This document shows, in pieces, positions 1-11,839 of a DNA stretch of 64,000 bases. This DNA is from an uncultured Candidatus Rokubacteria bacterium (GTDB lineage: Bacteria > Methylomirabilota > Methylomirabilia > Rokubacteriales > CSP1-6). Every line of letters starts with the position of its first letter. Within the stretch, counting starts at the first letter, position 1. The stretch lies in contig CAVWWD010000003.1 of assembly GCA_963758635.1 (NCBI GenBank), positions 320,001 to 384,000 of the forward strand, written 5' to 3'. Made by a program: the position numbers and the translations under genes. The notes under the pieces are model-generated. The model was not told where the DNA came from. It saw nothing but the letters and a program-made list of their open reading frames with translations, and did not search any database.

Positions 1-1
1 G

Positions 2-1051
2 GTGACGCGCTTTTCCCGGACCACGATCAAGGACGCGATCGACCGGGAGCTCGCCCGGGGCGGGCAGGTCTTCTTCGTCCACAACCGCGTCCAGTCGCTG
101 CCGTCCATGACCGCGTTCATCCAGAAGCTCTGCCCGGACGCGCGCGTGGTCATGGGGCACGGTCAGATGGGCGAGCGGGAGCTCGAGTCGGTGATGGTGA
201 AGTTCGTGGACGGGCAGGCCGACGTGCTCGTGTCCACCGCCATCGTGGAGTCCGGCCTGGACATCCCCACCTCGAACACCATCGTCATCAACCGCGCCGA
301 CCGCTTCGGGCTCGCCCAGCTCTACCAGCTCCGCGGGCGGGTGGGGCGCGAGCGGCTGCAGGCCTACGCGTACCTCCTCGTCCCCGCCGACGGGCGCATC
401 GACGAGACGGCCCAGCGGCGGCTCCGCGTCATCGAGGAGTTGACGGAACTGGGAGCGGGGTTCAAACTCGCGCTGCGCGATCTCGAGATCCGCGGCGCCG
501 GCAACCTCCTCGGCGCCGAGCAGCACGGGCACATCGCCGCGGTCGGCTTCGACCTCTACACCAAGTTGCTCGAGGAGGCGGTGCGCGAGCTCAAGGGGGA
601 GCCGGCGGCGCCGGGCATCGATCCGACGGTAACGGTGGAGGCGGAGGCGCTCCTGCCCGAGGACTATATTCCGGAGGTCAACCAGCGCCTGGCCTTCTAC
701 CGCCGGCTGGGCGACGTGGCGGGTGACGAGGCGATCGAGGAGATCCGCGACGAGATCGCGGACCGCTTCGGTCCACTCCCACCCGCGGTGGACGCCCTCC
801 TCGACGTGGTCGGGCTCCGGGTCAGGGCGCGCGCGCTCGGCATCGAGCGCCTGGAGGCCAGGGAGGGGCGGGCCCGGCTGACGTTCGCGCGCGAGACGCC
901 GGTGACGCCCGAGCGCATCCTCGCCGTCATCCGCGGCAGCGGCGGACGCATCGCGATGCGGAAGGAGTACACCATGGAAGCGACGGTCAGCAGCGGGCCG
1001 TGGGCCACCGTGCGGACCGACCTCCTCGCCTTGCTGGGGAAGCTCGCGTGA
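2..1051 (+). CDS. mfd: Transcription-repair coupling factor, 5'-truncated by window edge
   Basis: GGQVFFVHNRV, GLAQLYQLRGRVGR and RDLEIRGAGNLLG motifs followed by a C-terminal TRCF domain. Confidence 0.97.
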   Translation: MTRFSRTTIKDAIDRELARGGQVFFVHNRVQSLPSMTAFIQKLCPDARVVMGHGQMGERELESVMVKFVDGQADVLVSTAIVESGLDIPTSNTIVINRADRFGLAQLYQLRGRVGRERLQAYAYLLVPADGRIDETAQRRLRVIEELTELGAGFKLALRDLEIRGAGNLLGAEQHGHIAAVGFDLYTKLLEEAVRELKGEPAAPGIDPTVTVEAEALLPEDYIPEVNQRLAFYRRLGDVAGDEAIEEIRDEIADRFGPLPPAVDALLDVVGLRVRARALGIERLEAREGRARLTFARETPVTPERILAVIRGSGGRIAMRKEYTMEATVSSGPWATVRTDLLALLGKLA

Positions 1052-2174
1052 CCGCTCGGCGGCTGATCCTCCTCGGCGCCATCCTCGCCCTCGCCGGCTG
1101 CAGCACGCTCAGCTCGATCACCATCCCGTCGGTCGCCGTCCCGTCGTGGGTGCCCTTCCTGGGCGACAGCGGCAAGCCGCAGGCTCGCGCCGCCGCGCCC
1201 ACGCCCGCGGAGCCGCCGAAGAACGCCCCGCTCCTGCCCGGCACCGCCGAGCGCCCGCGCCCCGCCGAGGACGCGGAGGTGATCGATCGCGTGGTGTGCG
1301 TCGTGAACAACGACGCGATCACGCAGTACGAGCTGGACGAGGCGGGAGTCCTTCTACCTGTACGAGCAGAAGCTCGCCGCCCCGCCGGAGGGCGAGGCGC
1401 GGCGCGCGCTGCGCGACCAGCTCCTCGCGCGGATCATCGACGAGCGCCTGCAGCTCCAGCAGGCGGAGCGGGAGCGCATGACGGTGGAGGACGCCGAGGT
1501 CGCCGAGCAGATCGCGCGAGGTCATGAAGAGGGTCGGGGCGAAGACCGAGGCCGAGCTGGAGATCGCCCTCAAGCCCCAGGGCGTGACCGTCGACGGCAT
1601 CAAGCGGCGGATCCGGGAGACGCTGATGGTCCAGAAGGTGGTGCGGCGCAAGGTGGCCCTTCGGATCTCGGTGACCGAGGAGGAGATCGATCGCTACCTC
1701 CGGGACAACCGCGAGAAGCTCGAGACCGGGCTCACCTTCGAGGCCCGCCACATGCTGTTCCTCGCCGAGCCCGGCCGCGGCGAGGACGGCTGGGAAGAGG
1801 CCAAGCGCCGGGCCGAGGAGGTGCACGGCCGGCTGCTCGCGGGCGGAAGCTTCGCCGACCTCGCCCGGCAGCACTCGGAGGACGGGTCGCGCAACGAGGG
1901 CGGGGCGCTGGGCGCGCTCAAGCGCGGCGAGCTCGCGCCGGAGATCGAGGCCGCCATCCTCGCGCTTCCGGTCGGCGACGTGTCCAAGCCGTTCCGGTCC
2001 GAGGTCGGCTACCACCTCTTCAAGCTGGAAAAGCGCGAGTCGCTCGCCGGCGAAGGGCTCGCGCAGGCCCGCAACCAGATCCGCGAGATCCTGTTCCGCG
2101 AGAAGTACCAGGTGCGCCTCAAGGACTGGCTCGCGGAGATCAAGCAGCGGGCGATGATCGACATGCGCCTGTGA
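1048..2174 (+). CDS. SurA/PpiC-type peptidyl-prolyl isomerase lipoprotein; two apparent frameshifts near 1345 and 1520
   Basis: GTG start overlaps the mfd stop; lipobox LALAGC; SurA N-terminal motif IDRVVCVVNNDAIT; parvulin domain (ARHML, FADLARQHSED, GGALG, GYHLF) in ORF 1524..2174. Confidence 0.85.
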
Positions 2175-2269
2175 TCGAGGCGCTCGCGGCCCGGGAGCTC
2201 GCCCCGTTCGGCGGTGCGCTCCACCCGCGGCCGGAGGGCGTGGCGACGGCCTCCACCGGCAAAAAACAA

Positions 2270-2299
2270 TTGACAGTCCTCCGCGCGCTGTGGGAAAGT
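2270..2299 (+). promoter_or_regulatory. Possible sigma70 promoter for rho
   Basis: TTGACA at 2270-2275 after an A-tract; weak extended -10 (TG-g-GAAAGT) at 2291-2299. Confidence 0.45.
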
Positions 2300-2442
2300 G
2301 ACTGTCGTTACGTGGTTTGACCCCTCAGACACACTAGAACCCCCCGGAGATCGCCATTTCGCAGCGTATTCCCAAGCGCAGCTCGCCGAGGCCGTCCCCA
2401 GCAGGTGCTCACACTGCGTCGGAAGGTGGAGGGGGAGGAGGC

Positions 2443-3702
2443 ATGAGGATGAATCTGTCCGACCTGAAGGACAAGACCATCACCGACCTGAACCAGGTCG
2501 CCAAGGATCTCGGCGTCCAGGGTGTCAGCGGTCTTCGCAAGCAGGAGCTGATCTTCAAGATCCTCCAGGGACAGGCCGAGAAGGACGGGCTCATCTTCGC
2601 CGAGGGCGTGCTCGAGGTGCTGCCGGACGGATTCGGCTTCCTGCGGGCGCCCGACTACAACTACCTCCCCGGTCCCGATGACATCTACGTCTCGCCGTCG
2701 CAGATCCGTCGCTTCGACCTCCGTACCGGCGACACCATCTCCGGCCAGGTACGGCCCCCGAAGGACAGTGAGCGCTACTTCGCCCTCCTCAAGGTCGAGG
2801 CGATCAACTTCGAGACGCCCGAGCAGTCGAAGGACAAGACGATCTTCGACAACCTCACCCCGCTCTACCCCATGGAGCGGCTGCGGCTCGAGCACGACAC
2901 CGACAACCTCACCACCCGCGCGATGGACCTCCTGTGCCCGATCGGCAAGGGGCAGCGCGGCCTCATCGTGGCCGCGCCACGCACGGGCAAGACCGTGCTC
3001 CTGCAGAACCTCGCCAACGCCATCGCGAAGAACCACCCGGAGGTGTACCTCATCGTCCTGCTCATCGACGAGCGGCCCGAGGAGGTCACCGACATGCAGC
3101 GCTCGGTGAAGGGCGAGGTCATCTCCTCGACGTTCGACGAGCCGCCCCAGCGCCACGTGCAGGTGGCGGACATGGTGATCGAGAAGGCCAAGCGCCTCGT
3201 CGAGCACAAGCGGGACGTCGTCATCCTGCTCGACTCCATCACCCGGTTCGCGCGCGCCCACAACGCGGTCATCCCGTCCTCGGGAAAGGTGCTGTCGGGC
3301 GGCCTCGACGCCAACGCGCTCCAGCGCCCTCGGCGCTTCTTCGCGGCGGCGCGCAACATCGAGGAAGGCGGCTCGCTCACGATCATGGCCACCGCCCTCA
3401 TCGACACCGGGTCGCGGATGGACGACGTGATCTTCGAGGAGTTCAAGGGCACCGGGAACATGGAGGTGCACCTGGACCGTCGCCTGATGGACAAGCGCAT
3501 CTTCCCCACCATCAACATCGAGCAGACGGGGACGCGGAAGGAAGAGCTGCTGCTGGAGAAGGACGAGCTGCAGAAGGTCTGGCTGCTGCGCAAGGCGCTC
3601 TCGCAGCTCAACCCCGTCGAGGCCATGGAGCTCCTGCTCGACAAGCTCAAGATGACGAAGTCCAACCGGGACTTCCTCAATCAGATGAACCAGCTGAGCT
3701 GA
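2443..3702 (+). CDS. rho: Transcription termination factor Rho
   Basis: [39 protein letters not shown] and [12 protein letters not shown] motifs; GGAGG RBS. Confidence 0.99.
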   Translation: MRMNLSDLKDKTITDLNQVAKDLGVQGVSGLRKQELIFKILQGQAEKDGLIFAEGVLEVLPDGFGFLRAPDYNYLPGPDDIYVSPSQIRRFDLRTGDTISGQVRPPKDSERYFALLKVEAINFETPEQSKDKTIFDNLTPLYPMERLRLEHDTDNLTTRAMDLLCPIGKGQRGLIVAAPRTGKTVLLQNLANAIAKNHPEVYLIVLLIDERPEEVTDMQRSVKGEVISSTFDEPPQRHVQVADMVIEKAKRLVEHKRDVVILLDSITRFARAHNAVIPSSGKVLSGGLDANALQRPRRFFAAARNIEEGGSLTIMATALIDTGSRMDDVIFEEFKGTGNMEVHLDRRLMDKRIFPTINIEQTGTRKEELLLEKDELQKVWLLRKALSQLNPVEAMELLLDKLKMTKSNRDFLNQMNQLS

Positions 3703-3779
3703 GCCCGGAGGGCGCGCGCGAGCGCGCGGTCGAGGTGTCCCGCTGAGCTGAGTTGGTCCGCCCCGCTTCGGTGCGATTC

Positions 3780-3807
3780 TTGCGGCCTCTCCCGCGCGTG
3801 ATATAGT
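3780..3807 (+). promoter_or_regulatory. Probable promoter for rpmE
   Basis: TTGCGG at 3780 and extended -10 TG-a-TATAGT at 3799-3807. Confidence 0.55.
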
Positions 3808-3833
3808 AGTGGCTCTTTTTGAGGAGGTGCGCC

Positions 3834-4049
3834 GTGAAGGCTGGCATTCATCCCGAGTACGTCGACACCACGGTCACGTGCAACTGCGGCGAGGTCATTC
3901 AAACCCGCTCGACCCGTCCGGCCATCCGGGTCGAGGTGTGCTCGAAGTGCCATCCGTTCTACACCGGTAAGCAGCGCTTCATGGACACGGAGGGGCGGGT
4001 CGAGCGCTTCCAGCGGAAGTACAACAGGAAGCCCCTCACGGAGGGGTAG
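3834..4049 (+). CDS. rpmE: 50S ribosomal protein L31, Zn-binding type
   Basis: KAGIHPEY...CNCG...[20 protein letters not shown] before the GTG start. Confidence 0.97.
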   Translation: MKAGIHPEYVDTTVTCNCGEVIQTRSTRPAIRVEVCSKCHPFYTGKQRFMDTEGRVERFQRKYNRKPLTEG

Positions 4050-4252
4050 GACCTCGGCGCTCGGCGCCCGAGGCGCCGCGTCGAACGCCCGTGTCGCGCC
4101 TCGCTTCGACTCCGCCGGGCTCGAGCCCCGGTGGGCCCATCCGCTGCCCGAGGAACCCACGCTTCGAGGTCTGGACGATTGAACAGTCGCCGCCCTGCTG
4201 CGCGTGAGCCTGACGGGACGGGTGCCGGCGGCGCGTCGGTCCTCGCCCCGGT

Positions 4253-4351
4253 TAGGTTGTGAAGGAATGCGGCTTTTGTCGTCGGCGAGCGGGCCAACAT
4301 TGCGATTCTGCGTACACGCGGAGCGCCGTCTCGCCATCGATTCACATTCTC
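4253..4351 (+). mobile_element. MITE-like family A copy (99 bp)
   Basis: TIRs TAGGTTGTGAA and TTCACATTCTC; core homologous to copies at 9565, 9668, 19640, 45349 and 57272; flanks CGGT/AGGT. Confidence 0.85.
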
Positions 4352-4367
4352 AGGTGGTGACGCGCTG

Positions 4368-5434
<1,067 letters not shown>

Positions 5435-5438
<4 letters not shown>

Positions 5439-6349
5439 CGACCGCGGCTCCGTCCCGCTCGGCGGGCGCCGCGCTCCGCGACGGCTGGACGCGGCTGGCC
5501 GCGTGCGGCATCCCGACCGCGCGGCAGGACGCGGAATGGCTGCTCGCCGCCGTGCTCGGCGTGGAGCGGTTCGATCTCTACCGGGAGCCTGGACGCGAGG
5601 TGACGGACGCCGCCGCCCATCGCTACCAGGCGCTCCTCGACCGGCGCGCCGCGCACGAGCCGCTGCAGCACCTGCTGGGCTTCGAGGACTTCCGCGGCCT
5701 CCGGCTCCGGGTCGGGCCCGACGTGCTCGTGCCACGGCCGGAGACCGAGGGACTGGTCGAGTGGGCGGTGGAGGCCCTCGGGGATCGGCCGGACGCGGTC
5801 GTCGCCGACGTCGGCACGGGCAGCGGCGCCATCGCGTGCGCGCTGGCCGCGGCCCTTCCCCGGGCGCGGGTGCTCGCGGTGGACTGCTCTCCCCGGGCGC
5901 TCGCGGTGGCGCGGGCCAACGTCGGCGCGCTCGGTCTGGCCGATCGGATCACGCTCCTCGAGGGCGATCTGCTGGCTCCGCTGGCCCCCTGGCGCGGCGG
6001 CGTCGACGCGATCGTGGCGAACCCTCCGTATCTGCCCGCCGGCGTCATCGCGTCGCTCCCGCGCGAGGTCTCGGCCTTCGAGCCTCGGCTGGCGCTCGAC
6101 GGGGGCCCGGACGGCCTGAGGGTGCTGCGCCGGCTGGTGGCGGCCGCGCCCTCCCTGCTCCGGCCCGGCGGCTGGCTCCTCATGGAGATCGGCGAGGACC
6201 AGGCGGGCGCGCTCGCCTCGCTGATGGCCGCGGAGGGGTTCACGGCCATCGCGTCCCGCCAGGATCTCCGCGGCGTCGAGCGCTGCATCGGCGGGCGGCT
6301 GCCCGGGCCCGGCATCCCGGCGCCGTCGCCGCGACGGGTGTGCGGCTGA
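5435..6349 (+). CDS. prmC: Release factor glutamine methyltransferase
   Basis: [16 protein letters not shown] and NPPY motifs; lies directly after prfA. Confidence 0.97.
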
Positions 6350-7608
6350 TGCCGACGCGTCTCGTCATCGAGGGCGGGGTGCCGCTGCGCGGTGAAGTGC
6401 CGGTGAGCGCGGCCAAGAACGCCGCGCTGCCCGCGCTGGCCGCCGCTCTCCTCACCGCGGAGCCGGTCGTGCTCGAGAACGTGCCCGCGCTCGCCGACGT
6501 GAGGACGATCCGCTCGCTGCTCGAGCGGCTGGGCGCCGAGACCACCGACGAGGCCGACGGCGCGACGCGGATCCGTGTCGCGCAGGTGACGAGCCACGAG
6601 GCGCCCTACGACCTGGTGTCGACCATGCGCGCGTCCGTGCTCGTGCTGGGGCCGCTGCTCGCGCGGACCGGCCGCGCCCGCGTCGCCCTGCCCGGCGGCT
6701 GCGCGATCGGTGTGCGGCCCATCGACCAGCACCTGAAGGGGCTGGCCAAGCTCGGGGCGGAGATCGCGATCGGGAACGGCTACGTGGAGGCGCGGGCGAG
6801 CCGGCTCAAGGGGGCGCGGATCACCGCCGACCTCGTCACCGTCACCGGCACCGAGAACCTGATGATGGCGGCGGCGCTCGCCGAGGGGGAGAGCGTCATC
6901 GAAAACGCCGCCCGTGAGCCCGAGGTGGCGGACCTCGCGCGGCTCCTCGTGGCGATGGGGGCCCGGATCGAGGGCGCGGGCACGGAGCGGATCGAGATCC
7001 AGGGCGTGCCCGAGCTGGCCGGCGCGCGGCATCGGATCATTCCCGACCGGATCGAGGCCGGGACGCTCCTGGTCGCCGGGGCCATCACCGGCGGCGACGT
7101 CACGGTGACCGCCGCCGCGCCCCGTCACATGACGGCGACGCTGGCCAAGCTCGAGGAGTGCGGCGCGGCCATCGAGGTGGTGGGCGACCGCGTGCGGTGC
7201 GCGGCGCGAGGCCGGCCCCGCCCCGCCGACGTGATCACGAGCCCGTTCCCCGGTTTCCCCACCGACATGCAGGCGCAGCTCATGGCGCTTCTGGGGCTGG
7301 CCGACGGCATGTCGCGGATCACCGAGACGATCTTCGAGAACCGGCTCATGCACGTGGCCGAGCTCAACCGCCTCGGGGCGCGCATCGAGGCGGACGGCTC
7401 CGGCGCGATCGTGCGCGGCGTGGAGGCGTACCAGGGCGCGCAGGTGATGGCGACGGATCTGCGCGCCTCGGCGTCGCTGGTGCTCGCCGGCCTCGCCGCG
7501 ACGGGCACCACCGAGGTGTCGCGCGTGTATCACCTCGATCGCGGCTACGAGCGCATGGAGGCGAAGCTCCAGGCGCTGGGCGCGCGCGTCCGGCGGGTGG
7601 CGTCGTGA
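6349..7608 (+). CDS. murA: UDP-N-acetylglucosamine 1-carboxyvinyltransferase
   Basis: [28 protein letters not shown] and TDLRAS motifs. Confidence 0.98.
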   Translation: MPTRLVIEGGVPLRGEVPVSAAKNAALPALAAALLTAEPVVLENVPALADVRTIRSLLERLGAETTDEADGATRIRVAQVTSHEAPYDLVSTMRASVLVLGPLLARTGRARVALPGGCAIGVRPIDQHLKGLAKLGAEIAIGNGYVEARASRLKGARITADLVTVTGTENLMMAAALAEGESVIENAAREPEVADLARLLVAMGARIEGAGTERIEIQGVPELAGARHRIIPDRIEAGTLLVAGAITGGDVTVTAAAPRHMTATLAKLEECGAAIEVVGDRVRCAARGRPRPADVITSPFPGFPTDMQAQLMALLGLADGMSRITETIFENRLMHVAELNRLGARIEADGSGAIVRGVEAYQGAQVMATDLRASASLVLAGLAATGTTEVSRVYHLDRGYERMEAKLQALGARVRRVAS

Positions 7609-8279
7609 GCGCGGCGCTGACCCTGGCGCTGCCGAAGGGGCGGCTGCTCGAGCCGGCCCTGGCCCTCCTCGGCCGCCTCGGCGTCACCGGGCTCGACGCC
7701 GACTCGCGCCGGCTCCTCGTCGCCGACCCCGCGCGCGAGCTGCGCTTCATCTTCCTCAAGCCGGCCGACATCCCCACGTACGTCCAGTACGGCGCCGCCG
7801 ACCTCGGCATCGTGGGCAAGGACATCCTCGCCGAGCAGGGGCCCGACGTGTACGAGCCGGTGGACCTGGGCTTCGGGTTCTGCCGCCTCGTCGTGGCCGA
7901 GGCGCGCGAGCTCTGGGAGCGCGACGACCCCTCGCGGTGGTCGTGGGTGCGCGTGGCCACCAAGTACCCCGCGCTCACCGAGGAGTACTTCTCGGCGCGC
8001 GGGATCCAGGTGGAGATGGTCCGGCTCGACGGATCCATCGAGCTGGCACCGCTCGTCGGGCTCGCCGAGCGGATCGTGGATCTCGTCCAGTCCGGCGAGA
8101 CGTTGCGGGCCAACGGCCTCGTGGAGGTGGCGCAGATCATGACCTCCACCGCGCGGCTCATCGTGAACCGCGCGGCGCTGAAGACGGCCCACGCGCGGGT
8201 CAACGGCCTGATCGAGGCGATCCGCCGCGAGGTGGCCGCCGCCCCCGCGGCGACGGCGTCGGGACGGGCCGCGTCGTGA
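7605..8279 (+). CDS. hisG: ATP phosphoribosyltransferase, short form
   Basis: [23 protein letters not shown] and DLVQSGETL motifs; no C-terminal regulatory domain. Confidence 0.96.
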   Translation: MSAALTLALPKGRLLEPALALLGRLGVTGLDADSRRLLVADPARELRFIFLKPADIPTYVQYGAADLGIVGKDILAEQGPDVYEPVDLGFGFCRLVVAEARELWERDDPSRWSWVRVATKYPALTEEYFSARGIQVEMVRLDGSIELAPLVGLAERIVDLVQSGETLRANGLVEVAQIMTSTARLIVNRAALKTAHARVNGLIEAIRREVAAAPAATASGRAAS

Positions 8280-9574
8280 TCCGCCGGCTCGACACGCGGA
8301 CCGCCGGCGTCGACGGCGTCGTGCGCGCCCTGGAACGGCCGCCCGCCGCGGTCGACCCGGGCATCCAGCAGCAGGTGGCGGAGATCCTGGCCGCGGTGCG
8401 CGAGAAGGGCGACGCCGCGCTCGTCGAGCTGACCGAGCGCTTCGACGGCGTCCGCCTCGAGCCGGCCGGCCTCCCGGTCACCGAAGCCGAGATGGACGCG
8501 GCGGCGCGCCAGGTCGCGCCCGAGACCATGGCGGCCCTGGCGTACGCGGCCGGGCGGATCGAGGCGTTCCATCGCGCGGCGATGCCGCGCTCCTGGTCCA
8601 TGACGGACGCCGCCGGCTCGCGCCTCGGGCAGGACGTGCGGCCGCTCGACCGCGTCGGCATCTACGTGCCGGGCGGCCGCGCCGCCTATCCGTCCACGGT
8701 CCTCATGACCGCCGTGCCCGCGCGCGTGGCGGGGGTCCGGGAGATCGTCCTCGTCTCGCCGCCCGGCCGCGACGGCGCGCTCTCGCCCGTCGTGCTCGCG
8801 GCGGCGCGGCTGGCCGGAGTCACCGAGGCGTACCGCGTGGGCGGCGCCCAGGCCGTGGCCGCGCTCGCCTACGGCACGGCCACCGTGCGCCGCGTCGACA
8901 AGATCGTGGGCCCGGGCAACGTGTACGTCACGCTCGCCAAGGCCCGGGTCTTCGGCGAAGTCGGGATCGACATGCTGGCGGGGCCCAGCGAGGTGCTGGT
9001 GATCGCCGACGAGGGCGCGGACCCGACGCTTGCCGCCGCGGACCTGCTCGCCCAGGCGGAGCACGACCCGATGGCGCGCGCCGTGCTCGTCACGCCATCC
9101 GAGCGCCTGGCCGATCGCGTGGTCGCGGAGACCCAGCGCCAGCTCGGCGACCTGCCGCGCCGGGAGATCGCGGCCGCCGCGCTCGCCGCGAACGGCGCCG
9201 TGGTCCTCGTGGCCGGGCTCGGCGAGGCCGTGGAGCTCGCCAACCGCCTCGCTCCCGAGCACCTGGAGCTGCTCGTGGCCGATCCGGAGGCGCTCCTGCC
9301 GCGCGTGCGGCACGCCGGCGCGGTGTTCCTTGGGGCGGCCACGCCGGAGGTGGTCGGAGACTACGTGGCGGGACCGGACCACGTGCTGCCCACCGCGGGC
9401 ACGGCGCGCTTCTCGTCGGCGCTCAGCACCGAGGACTTCGTCACGCGGCTCAGCGTGATCCGATACTCGGCCGAGGGGCTCGAGGAAGCGTGGCCGCACC
9501 TGGCCGAGCTCGCGAGGGTGGAAGGGCTGGCCGGGCACGCGACGGCCGCTTCGGTCCGCATGAAGAGGTTGTGA
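8276..9574 (+). CDS. hisD: Histidinol dehydrogenase
   Basis: GIYVPGGRAAYPSTV, VDKIVGPGN, DMLAGPSE and QAEHDP motifs; the stop codon lies within the TIR of a repeat element. Confidence 0.98.
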   Translation: MIRRLDTRTAGVDGVVRALERPPAAVDPGIQQQVAEILAAVREKGDAALVELTERFDGVRLEPAGLPVTEAEMDAAARQVAPETMAALAYAAGRIEAFHRAAMPRSWSMTDAAGSRLGQDVRPLDRVGIYVPGGRAAYPSTVLMTAVPARVAGVREIVLVSPPGRDGALSPVVLAAARLAGVTEAYRVGGAQAVAALAYGTATVRRVDKIVGPGNVYVTLAKARVFGEVGIDMLAGPSEVLVIADEGADPTLAAADLLAQAEHDPMARAVLVTPSERLADRVVAETQRQLGDLPRREIAAAALAANGAVVLVAGLGEAVELANRLAPEHLELLVADPEALLPRVRHAGAVFLGAATPEVVGDYVAGPDHVLPTAGTARFSSALSTEDFVTRLSVIRYSAEGLEEAWPHLAELARVEGLAGHATAASVRMKRL

Positions 9575-9774
9575 AGGGATGCGGATCTTGACTTCGCCAT
9601 GCGGGGCAACACCGCGAGTCTGCGTACACACGCGGCGCCGTCTCGCCATTCCTTCGGTCCGCATGAAGAGGTTGTGAAGGGATGCGGATCTTGACTTCGC
9701 CATGCGGGGCAACACCGCGAGTCTGCGTACACACGCGGCGCCGTCTCGCCATTCCTTCGGTCCGCATGAAGAGG
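9549..9774 (+). repeat. Tandem pair of family A elements, period 103 bp, bounded by three copies of a 20-bp hisD 3' sequence
   Basis: CTTCGGTCCGCATGAAGAGG at 9549, 9652 and 9755, with identical 83-bp family A cores between them. Confidence 0.95.
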
Positions 9775-9788
9775 AGGGGGACAACGCC

Positions 9789-10409
9789 ATGACGGCATCG
9801 CGAGGAGCGTCGGAGCCCGCGACCCCGCGCCAGGCGCGCGTGGAGCGCAACACCAAGGAGACGCGGATCGTCATCGAGCTCTCGCTCGACGGGTCCGGCC
9901 GGGCCGACGTGGACACCGGCATCCCGTTCTTCAACCACATGCTGGAGGCGCTGGCCAAGCACGGCCTCCTGGACCTCGCCATCCACGCCAAGGGCGACCT
10001 CGACGTGGACCTCCACCACACCGTGGAGGACGTGGGGATCTGCCTCGGGCGCGCGGTGAAGGACGCGCTCGGCGACAAGGCCGGCATCGTGCGCTACGGA
10101 AGCTCGTACCTGCCGATGGACGAGGCCCTGCTCCACGCCGCCGTGGACCTGTCCGGACGCCCGTACCTCGTGTTCAACGTGCCGCTCACCCGGACGCGCA
10201 TCGGCAACTTCGACCTGGACCTGCTCAAGGACTTCTTCCGGGCGTTCGCGGTGGCCGCCGAGCTGACGCTGCACGTCAACATGCACTACGGAGAGAACCT
10301 CCACCACATCGCGGAGGCCGCCTTCAAGGCGGTGGCGCGGGCGCTCGCCGAGGCCACGCGGCTCAATCCGCGGATCGCCGGCGTGCTGTCCACCAAGGGA
10401 ACGCTGTGA
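9789..10409 (+). CDS. hisB: Imidazoleglycerol-phosphate dehydratase
   Basis: RNTKET, DLHHTVEDVG, NLHHIAEA and STKGTL motifs. Confidence 0.98.
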   Translation: MTASRGASEPATPRQARVERNTKETRIVIELSLDGSGRADVDTGIPFFNHMLEALAKHGLLDLAIHAKGDLDVDLHHTVEDVGICLGRAVKDALGDKAGIVRYGSSYLPMDEALLHAAVDLSGRPYLVFNVPLTRTRIGNFDLDLLKDFFRAFAVAAELTLHVNMHYGENLHHIAEAAFKAVARALAEATRLNPRIAGVLSTKGTL

Positions 10410-11029
10410 TCGCTGTCGTCGACTACGGGCGGGGGAACCTGGGCAGCGTGAGCCAGGCGTTCGCCCGCCTCGGCCTGCCCGCGACCATCACCGAGGACCC
10501 GCGCGTGGTGGCCGACGCGGAGGCGGTGGTGCTCCCGGGCGACGGCGCGTTCCACGACGCCATGGACACCCTGTCGCGCATCGGGCTGGTCGAGCCGATC
10601 CGGGGATGCATCGACGAGGGGCGGCCGTTCCTCGGCATCTGCCTCGGCTACCAGCTCCTGTTCACGGAGAGCGAGGAGTTCGGCCACGGCAAGGGGCTGG
10701 ACGTGATCGCCGGCGCGGTGCGCCGCTTCCCGCCCGGGCCGAAGGTCCCGCACATGGGCTGGAACCAGGTCGAGCACGCGGGCGACGGCCCGCTCTTCGA
10801 CGGCATCCCGAGCGGCGCGTACTTCTACTTCGTGCATTCCTACTACCCGGAGATCGCCGACGCGTCCGTGCGCGTCGCCACGTGCGACTACGGGATCACC
10901 TTCCCGGCGGCGGTGAGCCGCGGCGCGCTGTACGCGACCCAGTTCCACCCGGAGAAGAGCCAGCGCTGGGGGCTCCGGCTCCTCGAGAACTTCGCGGCGG
11001 TCGTCCGCGACCGCCGGGGCCGCGCGTGA
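10406..11029 (+). CDS. hisH: Imidazole glycerol phosphate synthase glutaminase subunit
   Basis: [25 protein letters not shown] and QFHPEKS motifs. Confidence 0.98.
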   Translation: MIAVVDYGRGNLGSVSQAFARLGLPATITEDPRVVADAEAVVLPGDGAFHDAMDTLSRIGLVEPIRGCIDEGRPFLGICLGYQLLFTESEEFGHGKGLDVIAGAVRRFPPGPKVPHMGWNQVEHAGDGPLFDGIPSGAYFYFVHSYYPEIADASVRVATCDYGITFPAAVSRGALYATQFHPEKSQRWGLRLLENFAAVVRDRRGRA

Positions 11030-11748
11030 CGTTCACGATCATCCCGGCCATCGACCTGCGCTCCGGCCGCTGCGTGCGCCTGCGCCAGGGCCGCGCGGAG
11101 GACGAGACGGTGTTCTCCGACGACCCCGTGGCGACGGCGCGGCGCTGGCAGTCCGAGGGCGCGGCGCGCCTGCACGTGGTGGACCTCGACGGCGCCTTCG
11201 CGGGCCGCCCGGCGCAGACGGAGCTGGTGCGGTCGATCATCGCGGCGCTCGGCGTCCCGGCGCAGGTGGGCGGCGGCCTGCGCGACGTCCCCGCGGTGGA
11301 GGCGGTGCTGGAGGCGGGGGCGCGCTGGGCCGTGGTGGGCACGCGGGCCGCGCTCGATCCCGCCTTCCTCGGCGAGGTCTGCGGCGCATTCGAGGACCGG
11401 ATCATCGTGGCCGTCGACGCCACCGACGGGCGCGTGGCGGTGGACGGCTGGCGGCGCGTCCTCGACCTCGACGCGACGGCGCTGGCCCGCGACGCGGCGG
11501 CGGCCGGCGCGGCGGCGATCCTCTACACGGACATCGCGCGCGACGGGACCGAGGCGGGGCCCAACCTGTGGAGCACCGAGGCGGTGGCGCGGGCCGCGGG
11601 CATCCCGCTCCTCGCCTCGGGAGGCGTGGGCTCGCTCGAGGACCTCCACCAGCTCGCCAATCTCCAGGGCGTGGAGGGCGTGATCGTCGGCCGCGCGCTC
11701 TACTCCGGGGCCATCGACCTCCGTCGCGCCCAGGCCCAGGTCGGCTAA
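11026..11748 (+). CDS. hisA: ProFAR isomerase
   Basis: [31 protein letters not shown] and YTDIARDG motifs. Confidence 0.98.
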   Translation: MTFTIIPAIDLRSGRCVRLRQGRAEDETVFSDDPVATARRWQSEGAARLHVVDLDGAFAGRPAQTELVRSIIAALGVPAQVGGGLRDVPAVEAVLEAGARWAVVGTRAALDPAFLGEVCGAFEDRIIVAVDATDGRVAVDGWRRVLDLDATALARDAAAAGAAAILYTDIARDGTEAGPNLWSTEAVARAAGIPLLASGGVGSLEDLHQLANLQGVEGVIVGRALYSGAIDLRRAQAQVG

Positions 11749-11827
11749 TGATCCTCGCGGAATATGGTAACCGCCACGGGCCTCTACCAATCCCACCGCT
11801 CGGCATGAGTCTAATGCGCGAGGCTTA
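11749..11827 (+). mobile_element. MITE-like family B copy (79 bp)
   Basis: TGATCCTCGC...GCGAGGCTTA, flanked by CTAA (hisA stop) and CTAG; homologous to copies at 15541, 39136, 46116 and 48762. Confidence 0.88.
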
Positions 11828-11839
11828 CTAGGGGGCGCG

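Noticed and set aside
9549..9774. Mini-CRISPR of three 20-bp repeats
   Set aside because: The two 83-bp spacers are identical family A cores and the repeat is hisD coding sequence.
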